32,000 bases of DNA from Mucisphaera calidilacus (GTDB lineage: Bacteria > Planctomycetota > Phycisphaerae > Phycisphaerales > Phycisphaeraceae), in assembly GCF_007748075.1 (NCBI RefSeq), contig NZ_CP036280.1:2910001-2942000 (forward strand). Reading direction: 5' to 3'. Shown in pieces: positions 1 to 9,123 of the stretch (positions are counted from its first letter, which is position 1; every line of letters starts with the position of its first letter). The translations under genes were made by a program, and so were the position numbers. Below the pieces are notes generated by a model, which saw only the letters and a list, made by a program, of their open reading frames with translations, was not told where the DNA came from and ran no database searches.

Positions 1-411
1 GTCGAGGTAAACGTCCTCATCCGCGAGATACAGCACGCCCGGGCCCGCCGTGATGTTCCCCAGCAGCTGACCAGCCCCGCCCAGCGCCGCCGCCCACGGC
101 TCAAACGTCAGGCTCGCCCAGTTGGCCGCCGAGATCGTCTCGCCCGGATTGTTCGACCCGAACGCCCACGCCGTGCCCGCCGGAGCCAGCTTCGTCGACT
201 TGTCATAAGAAGACTCCGCCGTCGCGTTGTAGATCCCCTGGTTGTCCCCACGCGTGATCGCCACGCTCGAGGTGATCACGTCGGTCTCCGCGCTGAAGGC
301 CGACTTGCTGAACACCACATCGAACCCCGTAAACACCGTTGCCGCCTGAACATCAGACACCACACCCGTCACACCAAACGCCAGAACACCAGTCCATGCA
401 CACGTCTTCAT
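1..411 (-). CDS. secreted hypothetical protein, N-terminal part only (gene runs off the left edge)
   Basis: Absent from the ORF track because it is edge-truncated. Reverse-strand ATG at 409-411, preceded by AAGGAGAAG (416-424). Translation MKTCAWTGVLAFGVTGVVSDVQAATVFTGFDVVFSK... gives a signal peptide, and the frame stays open to position 1. Codons are G/T-ending, as in other minus-strand genes here. Confidence 0.55.
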   Translation of the reverse strand, partial: MKTCAWTGVLAFGVTGVVSDVQAATVFTGFDVVFSKSAFSAETDVITSSVAITRGDNQGIYNATAESSYDKSTKLAPAGTAWAFGSNNPGETISAANWASLTFEPWAAALGGAGQLLGNITAGPGVLYLADEDVYLD

Positions 412-603
412 CTCGCTTCTCCTTGTAAAAAACCATGACCAACAACGACGCCCACAACACTAAGCCGTGACACTCCCTCTTTTCATCCAGCTGCCCGGAA
501 AAACCTTTCCCAGCCATCGCTGTTGCCCTTAACAGCCCATCAACTACAATTCCCGATCCGACGGCGCTAACCCTGCGCCCACACGGAACAAGACGTTCCC
601 CAC

Positions 604-1875
604 ATGGAGCCGCGGATGAGTCGAGCCGCCACCTACGCCGAACCAGCACCCAAAACCTTCCTCAAACCCGCCGTGCACCAGAACAAACTGCTGTCACGCA
701 AGGGTTTGAACGAACGCCTCTTCACCGCGTGGTTCGGCGGGTTCGTCTACAACCAGATCTGGGAAGACCCCCGCGTCGACCTCGCCGCGCTCCGCGTCGA
801 CAAGGACCAGTCTCGCATCCTCCAGATCTCCTCAGGCGGCTGCAACGTCCTTAACTACCTCGTCGCCCAGCCGCGTGGCATCGTCGCCGTCGACCTCAAC
901 CGACACCACATGTTCCTCACCCGCCTCAAACTCGCCGCCGTCCAGCAACTCCCCGACCACGAATCCTTCTTCCAGTTCTTCGGCTGTGGCGACACCAAGG
1001 CCAACGTCGTCGCCTACCACAAACACATCAAACAACACCTCGATGACGCCACCCGTAACTACTGGGAACGACGGCCCAAGCTCGGCGGGCCCTTCCGCAA
1101 ACCACGCATCGAGTACTTCGGACGCAACTTCTACAACCAGTCCAAGCTCGGCCTCCTCCTGAGGGTCACCCACACCCTCAGCAAGTTCACCCGGATGAAC
1201 CCCCAGAAACTCCTCGAACTCAACTCCGTCGAGGAACAGCAGGCCTACTTCGACAAACACATCGACCCCTTCTTCAACTCCAAACTCGTCCGCTTCATCG
1301 GTCGCGTACCCCTCGTCGGCTTCTCGCTCGGCATCCCGCCACACCAGCACGAGGCCATGATGCGCGAACAGAACGGACAGGTCGTCGACCTCTACCGCGA
1401 ACGCGCCCGCAAACTGCTCTGCGACTTCCCCATCCGTGACAACTACTTCGCCTGGCAGGCCGTCAGCCGACGCTACGACCGCGACGCACGCGAGGGCATC
1501 CCCGACTACCTCAAGGCCGAACACTTCGAGACCATCCGAGCCATGGCGCCTCGCGTCGAGACACGCGTCACCTCGCTCACCGAAAAACTCAAGGAAGAAC
1601 CCGACGGCGCTATCGACCGCTTCGTCTTCCTCGACTCCCAGGACTGGATGCCTCCCGAGGTCCTCACCGAACTCTGGACCGAGATCGCACGCGTCGCCCC
1701 CGTTGGCAGCCGCATCGTCTTCCGCACCGCATCCAGCCTCTCGCCCCTCGAAACCGGACTCCCGCCCGAACTCCTCAAACGCTTCACCGCACACCGCGAA
1801 GAGGCCGACGACCTGTTCACGCAGGACCGCTCCGCGATCTATGGCGGGTTCCACATCTACGAGAAAACCAGCTAA
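604..1875 (+). CDS. btaA: S-adenosylmethionine:diacylglycerol 3-amino-3-carboxypropyl transferase (BtaA, DUF3419 family)
   Basis: 423-aa ORF with strong C-ending codon bias. The YNQIWEDPRVD motif and the length are typical of BtaA/DUF3419. A BtaB-like methyltransferase follows after a 3-nt gap. An alternative start is ATG 616. Confidence 0.8.
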   Translation: MEPRMSRAATYAEPAPKTFLKPAVHQNKLLSRKGLNERLFTAWFGGFVYNQIWEDPRVDLAALRVDKDQSRILQISSGGCNVLNYLVAQPRGIVAVDLNRHHMFLTRLKLAAVQQLPDHESFFQFFGCGDTKANVVAYHKHIKQHLDDATRNYWERRPKLGGPFRKPRIEYFGRNFYNQSKLGLLLRVTHTLSKFTRMNPQKLLELNSVEEQQAYFDKHIDPFFNSKLVRFIGRVPLVGFSLGIPPHQHEAMMREQNGQVVDLYRERARKLLCDFPIRDNYFAWQAVSRRYDRDAREGIPDYLKAEHFETIRAMAPRVETRVTSLTEKLKEEPDGAIDRFVFLDSQDWMPPEVLTELWTEIARVAPVGSRIVFRTASSLSPLETGLPPELLKRFTAHREEADDLFTQDRSAIYGGFHIYEKTS

Positions 1876-1878
1876 AGC

Positions 1879-2553
1879 GTGACCCAGACCGCACCGCACT
1901 CACAGAATACCGACCCCGCCGCCGCGATGGACCGCATGTACCGGTACACCCGGCACGTCTACGACACCACGCGAAAGTTCTACCTCCTCGGCCGGGACCG
2001 ACTCCTCCGCGAACTCGACACCCGACCCGACGACAGTGTCGTCGAAATCGGCTGCGGCACCGCACGCAACCTCATCAGACTCGCACGCATTCGACCCGAC
2101 GTCCGACTCTTCGGCCTCGACGCCTCCGACCAGATGCTCGAAACCGCAAGACAGCACATCCACGCCGCCGGACTCGACGACCGCATCACCGTCAGGCAGG
2201 GACTCGCCGAAAACATCAACCACCGCGACTTCGGACTCGACCAGCCCTTCGACGTCCCCTTCTTCTCCTACTCCCTCTCCATGATCCCCACCTGGAAAGA
2301 ATCCGTCGACACCGCCCTCGACCAACTCGCCCCGGGCCGAACCCTCTACGCCGTCGACTTCTGGGACCAGGCCGACCTGCCCGCCCCCTTCCGATGGACA
2401 CTCACCCACTGGCTCAAGCTCTTCCACGTCGTCCACCGACCCGAACTCATCGAATACCTCCAGCACCTCGGCGACGGCGACCGCTTCGACCTCGACGTCA
2501 CCTCCATCATGGGCCGCTACGCCTACATCGCAAGACTCAGCCCCACCCCCTGA
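1879..2553 (+). CDS. btaB: diacylglycerylhomoserine N-methyltransferase (BtaB, class I SAM methyltransferase)
   Basis: MDRMYRYTRHVYDTTRKFYLLGRDRLLRELD...VVEIGCGTARNL closely resembles the Rhodobacter BtaB N-terminus and its SAM motif I. The GTG at 1879 lies right after the btaA stop, suggesting coupling. An alternative start is ATG 1927. Confidence 0.8.
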   Translation: MTQTAPHSQNTDPAAAMDRMYRYTRHVYDTTRKFYLLGRDRLLRELDTRPDDSVVEIGCGTARNLIRLARIRPDVRLFGLDASDQMLETARQHIHAAGLDDRITVRQGLAENINHRDFGLDQPFDVPFFSYSLSMIPTWKESVDTALDQLAPGRTLYAVDFWDQADLPAPFRWTLTHWLKLFHVVHRPELIEYLQHLGDGDRFDLDVTSIMGRYAYIARLSPTP

Positions 2554-2662
2554 CACCCGCTCTGCTTCTTCACCCCCGCAAGCCCCGAGGCACGAAACCG
2601 AACCAGTCGCCCGCAGCGAGCCGGGGCCGAATGATCACCCTGCCGACCGCACGCCAACGCGA

Positions 2663-3172
2663 CTATTTGGAATCAAGCTTCACCGCCGCCGCCGACAGCG
2701 TCGCACGATAATCCTCATCCAGCCACGACTGCGACGCCGCCCACACCAACCCCTGCTTCAACTCGCCGTCACTCAGCGACGATAACCGCGTCTCCGCCTT
2801 CACCATCGCGTTCGCGATCGCCAGGTAATAAAGCGTCACCGCCAACTCCCGAGGCATCACCGAATCCAGGTGATTCATCATCGCCTTCGCCAGCTTCTTC
2901 ACCTGATCCAGCAACCCCACCGGCGGCTCCGCGTGCGTCAACAAGTCCGTGAACGACGTGATCGGCGGCTCCGAACGAAGCGCCAGCATCCGCGCCTCCT
3001 CCGCACCCACCGGATCAAAATCACACAGATCCACCAGCAGCGGACTCGCCAGCTGATGCTTGAAAATCGTCGCCAACTCCGACGGCGCCCACCCATGCCC
3101 CTCCTGTGCATCCAGGGCAATCATGTCGGCCAGCTTGCGCGGATTGGTGGTGATGTCCAGGTGTTCGACCAT
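2663..3172 (-). CDS. hypothetical cytoplasmic protein, co-oriented 70 bp downstream of the ECF sigma gene
   Basis: 169-aa ORF with protein-like composition and G/T-ending codons. It has no TM segment and no HxxxCxxC anti-sigma motif. No family recognised. Confidence 0.6.
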   Translation of the reverse strand: MVEHLDITTNPRKLADMIALDAQEGHGWAPSELATIFKHQLASPLLVDLCDFDPVGAEEARMLALRSEPPITSFTDLLTHAEPPVGLLDQVKKLAKAMMNHLDSVMPRELAVTLYYLAIANAMVKAETRLSSLSDGELKQGLVWAASQSWLDEDYRATLSAAAVKLDSK

Positions 3173-3242
3173 GCCTCATCCCTGCCCTGTTAACCCGGGC
3201 GACGACGCTCAATCGCCCGCTTGTCCGAGTGAGAGACCTGAC

Positions 3243-4016
3243 TTATGACTGAATACGAGAATCATCGGTCGGATCTGCGCCAGATAACAAATCTCGCAGC
3301 TCCTCTATCTCACGATCGATCTCATCCTCCGACTGCGCATAAGCACTGATCACCTCGCGGAGCTGCCGAACAAACATCCGCTTCGCCGTAATCAACGCGT
3401 TCGACGCCTGCATCGGCGACTTGAACTGAAACTGCTTCACCAGCGTGTCGTAATCCGTCGGCTCCGAGCCCTCAAGCGTCGGCCTCAGGATCCGCATCTC
3501 CAGAATCCCCCACAACTCAGGCCGCTGACTCGAATCACACTGCTCCCGAACCCGCTCCACCGTCTGATTTAACACCAGACGCGCCCACTCCACCTCGAAC
3601 GTCCGCACGTGAGCATCCTCCACCGCACCCAGATGCTCCGCACCCTCGTCATCGATGCTCCGGAGCGACCCGCCCGGTTGACGCTTCGCCGCCTTCTCCG
3701 CTCGCTTCACCGAGATCACATAATTATTCAACGCCGTCAGCAGCAGCGTCCGGAACTTCCCCCGCGCCTGATCCGCCTTCGACAGCAGATTCCGCTCAAT
3801 CACCTTGTCCGCGATGAACCCCTGCAGCAGCTCATCAGCCTCATCACTCCGAAATCGCTTCCGGAAGATCAGGTGGCTCCGCAACGCCGGCAGATAATTC
3901 GCCAACAGGCTGTTCAAAGCCTCACGCGCACGATCACCCGCACCCGACGCCTCACCAATCAGCGTCCACTGCGTCGCAGGAAAATCCGCACGGGTTGTCG
4001 TCGTCCGACGGGCCAT
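3243..4016 (-). CDS. ECF-type RNA polymerase sigma factor (extended, planctomycete-like)
   Basis: N-terminal FPATQWTLI motif. Region-2-like segment LLQGFIADKV...FRTLLLTALNNYVISVKR. Region-4-like HTH SPMQASNALITAKRMFVRQLREV. At 257 aa it is longer than classical ECF sigmas. Confidence 0.75.
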   Translation of the reverse strand: MARRTTTTRADFPATQWTLIGEASGAGDRAREALNSLLANYLPALRSHLIFRKRFRSDEADELLQGFIADKVIERNLLSKADQARGKFRTLLLTALNNYVISVKRAEKAAKRQPGGSLRSIDDEGAEHLGAVEDAHVRTFEVEWARLVLNQTVERVREQCDSSQRPELWGILEMRILRPTLEGSEPTDYDTLVKQFQFKSPMQASNALITAKRMFVRQLREVISAYAQSEDEIDREIEELRDLLSGADPTDDSRIQS

Positions 4017-4152
4017 CTAGAACCCATATTAACAAAGCACCAACCCCGACACACCCACAATCTGATACCACACGCTTGCAACACCACCTCTGCTCAAGCG
4101 ACCATCTACACATAACCTCACCGAAACCGTCCGCTCTTTCGGAGGACTTGAC

Positions 4153-6228
4153 ATGAACCAGCACCACGACGCCGACAACCCCCAGCCCGCACCACCACGC
4201 AAAAAAGGCTCCCTGCTAAAGTGGCTGCTCATCACCTTCGCCGCCCTCATCGCCCTGATCCTCTCGGTCATCGTCATCCTCATCGCCTCCATCCCCTCCA
4301 TCGCCAGCAGCAGCTCCATACGCGAGGCCATCGTCGACGCCATCAACCAGGACATCCCAGGCGAACTCCGCATCAACGACTGGTCCTTCGGCTGGACCGT
4401 CGGCCCACGCGTCGAAGGCATCCAACTCATCGACCTCGAAGGCCGAACCGCCTTCGCTCTCGACCGCTTCGAAGCCGACGCCCTCTCCATCCTCAGCCTC
4501 ATGGGCGGCCTCTCCGACCTCGGCACCATCGAGATCAACCAGCCCACACTCCTCGTCGAACGCTACGACGACAACACCACCAACCTCCAGAAAGCCCTCG
4601 GCCAACACGCCGAAACCGTCGAAGACGCCTCCGGCAAAGCCGGCGACAAGTCCTCCGACGCCTCCAGCACCGAGCCCTTCGGCGGACTCCCCTTCGACCT
4701 CAAAGCCAGAGTCCAACTCAACGACGGCGCCATCACCGTCATCGACCCCGACGCCGGAACCATCGAGGCACGATTCTCCTCCACCCTCGAAATGAACGCC
4801 TTCAGCAACCTCGCAGCCTCCGCCGATATCACCACCACCATCAACGGCAGCCCCAGCACCACCACCATCCGACTCGCCATCAACGACTGGATCGACGAGA
4901 ACGAACAACTCACCCCCGAAACCGCCACCGCCGACAGCACCGTCACCGTCAACGACTTCCCCCTCCAGATCCTCGACGTGCTCGCAGGCGACCCCATCCT
5001 CACCTCACTCCTGGGCAACACCCTCTCCGCACAACTCAACCACCAGGGCTCCGTCGCCACCACACCCCTCACCCTCAACGTCACCAGCCAGCAGTCCAGC
5101 CTCACCGTCGTCGTCGAACCCCGCGACGAAGGACTCTTCCTCACCCAGGCCACCACCGGCTCCATCAAGGTCCGGCCCGAAACCCTCGCCCTCCTCATGA
5201 AAGACACACCCGACGCACCCGAACTCCTCGAACCCGTCGAACTCGGCTTCCGCGTCGCCGAACCGCTTCTCCTCGGCAGCGAAGCACCCGCCGACATGCA
5301 GGCCACCTGGGCCGTCGCCAACCTCAAGCTCAATCACGCCGCACTCCCCGGCCCCCTCGCCCTCGCCAGACTCGAAGGCAGTACCCAACTCCTCATGACC
5401 AACGGCAACAACTGGACCTCAACCCTCAACGTCAACCAGCCCGAACAACTCACCCTCAACAACCAGCCCCTGCCCCTCGGCACCATCGACGCCAAAGCCG
5501 GCATGAACGCCGGAACCATCGCCATCGACAGCGTCAACATCAACGCCGCATCCGGAGGCGACATCGCCCTCAACGGACAGATCGCCCAGGACGAAACCTA
5601 CACCTCTGACCTCAAACTCAACATCAACGACCTCGAAATCCAGCCCTGGGTCATCCCCTTCGTCGGCACCGAATCCTTCGTCAAACACACCGCCGGCACC
5701 CTCAACATCGACCTCAACCTCGACACACCCCTCGCCAGCTTCACCACCGACGCCTCAGGCTCCGGAACCATCACCATCCGCAACGGTAACCTCACACCCC
5801 TGCCCGTCCTCAACGACATCCTTGGCATCGCCCTCGACACACCCCTCGACCTCAACCAGGTCGCCGGCTCCAGCAAGCTCGAAGACACCGCCGACCTCGA
5901 GTTCACCCTCCAAGGCGACCGCATCAACCTCCAACGCGCCGACATCGTCACCGCCCAGGCCACCATCGAGGGCAGCGGCACCGTCACCTTCGACCAGCAA
6001 CTCGACACCGTCGTCAGCGTCTCACTCACCCGCGTCAACGAGGTCGTCTCCGACGCCATCGACGACGAAATCGACCGCGCCACCCAGAAAATCGGCGGCG
6101 AGCTGGGCGGACTCCTCGGACAACTCGGCAAAAAGATCCGCAAGGACGTTCAGGAAGAAGTCACCGACGTCCTCACCACCTTCACCGTCACGGGTCCCGT
6201 CAGCGAACCCGTCATCCGCAAAAAGTAA
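4153..6228 (+). CDS. AsmA-like envelope protein with N-terminal membrane anchor
   Basis: GGAGGA lies 7 nt upstream of the ATG. There is one N-terminal TM helix (LLKWLLITFAALIALILSVIVILIASI). The rest is a long Thr/Asn/Leu-rich beta-type domain with a C-terminus TFTVTGPVSEPVIRKK that resembles AsmA/TamB-like ends. Family assignment is tentative. Confidence 0.55.
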   Translation: MNQHHDADNPQPAPPRKKGSLLKWLLITFAALIALILSVIVILIASIPSIASSSSIREAIVDAINQDIPGELRINDWSFGWTVGPRVEGIQLIDLEGRTAFALDRFEADALSILSLMGGLSDLGTIEINQPTLLVERYDDNTTNLQKALGQHAETVEDASGKAGDKSSDASSTEPFGGLPFDLKARVQLNDGAITVIDPDAGTIEARFSSTLEMNAFSNLAASADITTTINGSPSTTTIRLAINDWIDENEQLTPETATADSTVTVNDFPLQILDVLAGDPILTSLLGNTLSAQLNHQGSVATTPLTLNVTSQQSSLTVVVEPRDEGLFLTQATTGSIKVRPETLALLMKDTPDAPELLEPVELGFRVAEPLLLGSEAPADMQATWAVANLKLNHAALPGPLALARLEGSTQLLMTNGNNWTSTLNVNQPEQLTLNNQPLPLGTIDAKAGMNAGTIAIDSVNINAASGGDIALNGQIAQDETYTSDLKLNINDLEIQPWVIPFVGTESFVKHTAGTLNIDLNLDTPLASFTTDASGSGTITIRNGNLTPLPVLNDILGIALDTPLDLNQVAGSSKLEDTADLEFTLQGDRINLQRADIVTAQATIEGSGTVTFDQQLDTVVSVSLTRVNEVVSDAIDDEIDRATQKIGGELGGLLGQLGKKIRKDVQEEVTDVLTTFTVTGPVSEPVIRKK

Positions 6229-6237
6229 TCGCCCGGA

Positions 6238-7497
6238 TTACTTGAACAACCGCTTCGCGAAACAGAACGACGCGTCCCGCTTCGCACTGTAGTTCTCGTC
6301 ACCCTCCCTCAGCGACGTGATCTTCACGCCGCCCGACGCCGACTCGATGTACTGCCCCTCACCCAGGTAAATCCCCACGTGATTGATCGTCCCACGCGAG
6401 CCCAGGAACAGCATCAGGTCGCCACGCCGGATCAGATCACGGTGCCAACGCGTCCCCGTCAACGCACCCACCGAACCCTGCATGTCCGCGTCGCGTGGCA
6501 GCAGCACACCCTGACTCCGGTGCGTGATCTGCACCATCCCAGAACAATCCACACCATCCGACGCGATCCCGCCCCAGACATAAGGAATCCCACGCAGTTC
6601 CATCGCCGCCGCGATCGCGCCCTCCGAACGCGGGTCCGCCTCGTCACGATGAATCGCCACCGCGTCAGCAGGCAACGACGCCGTGCCGCCATCAGGCAAC
6701 AACACCGTCGCGGTCTCCGCACTCTCGTGCTCCACCGGGAGTGAAACCCCGAGCCGAAGCACACGACCGTCAACCTCCAACTCACGCGTCAAGACCGCCT
6801 GATCTCGACCACGCCAGTCCGCGATCCCCGCCGCATCACGCGCCAACACATCTGACTGAGCGATGTAACCCGTGTACCCGTCCGGGCTGTGCACCAGGTA
6901 CGTCGCCTCCGCCGTCGCAGCCAGGATGTAAACCGTGTCCCCGAACACCGTCTGCGTGATCGTCTCACGCGGCTCCGACGTCGCCGAGTAAATAAACGCC
7001 TGCTGCGCACCCACCACGCCATACAGCATCCCGTCCAGCGACGGGTCAGGCAGCAGCTTGATCCGGTTCTCCACCCGCTCAAACCCCATGTAACCCAGCA
7101 TCTTCGCCACGCCCTCGACGTGCTCCGCGTACTCCGCCGTGCCCGTCAGCGTCACCACGCCCGAAGCCGCATCATGCTCCGCCGTCACGTCAAAATGAAA
7201 CAGCCGCTTGTCACCCGTAAACTTCGACCGATACAACGCGACATACTGCTCAAGCTTCTCAGGCCGACCCATCAGGTCCGGCTCGATCAGCCCGATCGTC
7301 TTCTCATAAATCCGCTGCTCACGAGACTTGCCCCCCGCGTCTCCCACCACCATCCCCCGACGGATCTGCCCCGTCGGAACATTCTGTTCATCAACATCAA
7401 CCTCGTCGACCTTCGTCGTGAGTTCACTAGGCGTCGTCATGGTGCAACCATTCAAAAAAGCAAGCGCAAGCAGACCAACAGGCAATACACGCATCAT
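6238..7497 (-). CDS. NlpC/P60 family peptidoglycan endopeptidase lipoprotein
   Basis: Lipobox signal MMRVLPVGLLALAFLNGC. The C-terminal domain is YVWGGIASDGVDCSGMV...INHVGIYLGEGQYIESA, with the catalytic Cys/His context of NlpC/P60. The middle region looks BON/SH3b-like. Confidence 0.85.
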   Translation of the reverse strand: MMRVLPVGLLALAFLNGCTMTTPSELTTKVDEVDVDEQNVPTGQIRRGMVVGDAGGKSREQRIYEKTIGLIEPDLMGRPEKLEQYVALYRSKFTGDKRLFHFDVTAEHDAASGVVTLTGTAEYAEHVEGVAKMLGYMGFERVENRIKLLPDPSLDGMLYGVVGAQQAFIYSATSEPRETITQTVFGDTVYILAATAEATYLVHSPDGYTGYIAQSDVLARDAAGIADWRGRDQAVLTRELEVDGRVLRLGVSLPVEHESAETATVLLPDGGTASLPADAVAIHRDEADPRSEGAIAAAMELRGIPYVWGGIASDGVDCSGMVQITHRSQGVLLPRDADMQGSVGALTGTRWHRDLIRRGDLMLFLGSRGTINHVGIYLGEGQYIESASGGVKITSLREGDENYSAKRDASFCFAKRLFK

Positions 7498-7617
7498 GGA
7501 TCATTCTCGTCTTCTACAGGCGGTCTTATGGATATTATCATCCCGCCCACGCCTTTTGCACCCCATCACGCCATAATCTGAACAACCCCCACGAAGACTC
7601 TCTATACCCTGTCCCCC

Positions 7618-8409
7618 ATGCGCTCCATCACCTCGCCCGCCAACCCAAGCATCAAACGCATCAGCCAACTCCGCAAGCCCGCACGCCAGCGACGCGAAAA
7701 CCTCCTCCTCGCCGAGGGCACCCGCGAGATCACACGCGCCCTCGCCGCCAGCCTCAACCCCGAAACCCTCCTCGTCGCCGACGACCTCCCACCCGACGCC
7801 ATCCCCGCCATTCCCGACGACCGCATCATCACCCTCCCGCGACCCCTCCTCGCCAAACTCACCTACCACGACGAACCCGAAGGCCTCCTCGCCACCTTCG
7901 AACGCCCCCACTGGCCCGAGTCCACCCTCAAGAACGCCCGACGCATCCTCGTCGCCGTCGCCACCGCCAAACCCGGCAACCTCGGCGCCATGGCACGCAC
8001 CGCCGCGGCCCTCGGCTACGACGCCATCCTCGCCGCGGGCGACACCGTCGACCCCTTCAACCCCAACGCCATCCGCACCTCCACCGGCGCCGTCTTCGCA
8101 CTCCCCATCCTCACCATGGACGTACCCGCCGCCCTCGACTTCCTCCGCAACACCGCCACCAGCCGCCAGACCGTCGCCGCCGAGGTCCAGGCCGCCACCG
8201 ACTACCGCGCTATCGCCTACACCACACCCCTCACCCTCATCATCGGACCCGAAGACACCGGTCTCACACCGCCCTGGCTCGCCGCGGTCGACGACGCACA
8301 GGGCATCCGGGCGCTCATCCCCATGAATCCCCTCCCCGGCACCAGCGTCGACTCCCTCAACGCGGCCACCGCCGCCGCACTCATCATGGCCGAATCCACC
8401 CGAACCTGA
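7618..8409 (+). CDS. TrmH/SpoU family RNA 2'-O-methyltransferase
   Basis: SpoU motifs NLGAMARTAAALG, LIIGPEDTGL and IPMNP...SLNAATAAALIMAE. The N-terminal domain resembles the SpoU substrate-binding domain. Confidence 0.85.
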   Translation: MRSITSPANPSIKRISQLRKPARQRRENLLLAEGTREITRALAASLNPETLLVADDLPPDAIPAIPDDRIITLPRPLLAKLTYHDEPEGLLATFERPHWPESTLKNARRILVAVATAKPGNLGAMARTAAALGYDAILAAGDTVDPFNPNAIRTSTGAVFALPILTMDVPAALDFLRNTATSRQTVAAEVQAATDYRAIAYTTPLTLIIGPEDTGLTPPWLAAVDDAQGIRALIPMNPLPGTSVDSLNAATAAALIMAESTRT

Positions 8410-8461
8410 CCCTTCACCACCGACACCTCAACGCCTAACATGAGACCGAAGGAAGACCACC

Positions 8462-8908
8462 ATGACCACCACCACGGCCTCCGAACGCTTCGCCGCCGCT
8501 GTCAAACCCCTCGCCGACTCCGGCCGCTTCGCCGAAGTCTCCGCCACCGCCGACGCACTCACCTGCCTCGCCGACGGACCCGAAGATGAAGCCTGGTACA
8601 TCGCCCACACCGAAAAAACAGGCGTCATGACCCTTGGCTGGTACACCAGCGACCGATGGCTCTCCGAATCCATCGAAGCCGACCTCATGCACACAGGCGA
8701 CGACCTCGGCGAACTCTTCGACGAAGAACTCGAAGAACGCGACGTCCGCCACAAATTCCACTTCGAACACTTCCGCGACGACGAAAAACGCTACGTCTTC
8801 CGCGTCACCTGCCCCGAGTTCGCCTCCGACGACGAATTCGTACGCACCATCCTCGCCCTCGAAGCCTGCTTCCGAGAACTCGGCGACATGACCCCCGACG
8901 AAGACTGA
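8462..8908 (+). CDS. hypothetical acidic protein
   Basis: 148-aa ORF with very strong C/A-ending codon bias in this frame. No family recognised. Confidence 0.65.
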   Translation: MTTTTASERFAAAVKPLADSGRFAEVSATADALTCLADGPEDEAWYIAHTEKTGVMTLGWYTSDRWLSESIEADLMHTGDDLGELFDEELEERDVRHKFHFEHFRDDEKRYVFRVTCPEFASDDEFVRTILALEACFRELGDMTPDED

Positions 8909-9123
8909 CGCAAATCATCCGCCCAGCCCCACTTCCCCACGACCGCCCAACCCGCCCCGATTGGACAGAACCTCACGGCGCGTTATCTTGACACTGATCC
9001 GGTCGGGGATCATCCGCGAAGGACCGAGCCACATTTCGTTCGCCGGCGTTCAAGTCCCCGCCCACGGCCAGCCGGATCGTGCCCGTTGCCTGCCGACCTC
9101 GTTCCGCTGAGGAAGATGCTGCC

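Noticed and set aside
519-536. Inverted repeat GCTGTT-N6-AACAGC upstream of btaA as an operator or Pho box
   Set aside because: The arms are only 6 bp, which is expected by chance, and it does not resemble the PhoB box consensus.
832-1899. Long antisense ORFs rich in Gly/Val/Asp/Glu/Ala. Examples: 832-1899 -, 1900-2556 -, 4216-4908 -, 14075-14863 -, 16922-17803 -, 19017-19868 -, 30468-30989 +.
   Set aside because: They are codon-aligned mirror images of genes whose third positions are nearly all C. This forces G at first positions on the opposite strand and removes stops. Their composition is not protein-like, and each lies fully inside a better-supported gene.
4221-5609. Long frame-shifted ORFs rich in Arg/Pro/His or Ser/Thr/Pro. 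Examples: 4221-5609 +, 9144-10604 +, 10052-10810 +, 14157-15263 +, 14653-15726 +, 18832-20049 +, 30169-30870 -.
   Set aside because: These are alternative frames of real genes kept open by the C/A-rich strand composition. They are low-complexity and lack third-position bias.
9079-9123. Upstream start of the glycosyltransferase at 9079
   Set aside because: It adds 15 non-conserved residues. ATG 9124 has a GAGGAAG ribosome-binding site and yields the canonical MRVLML...GGLG N-terminus.
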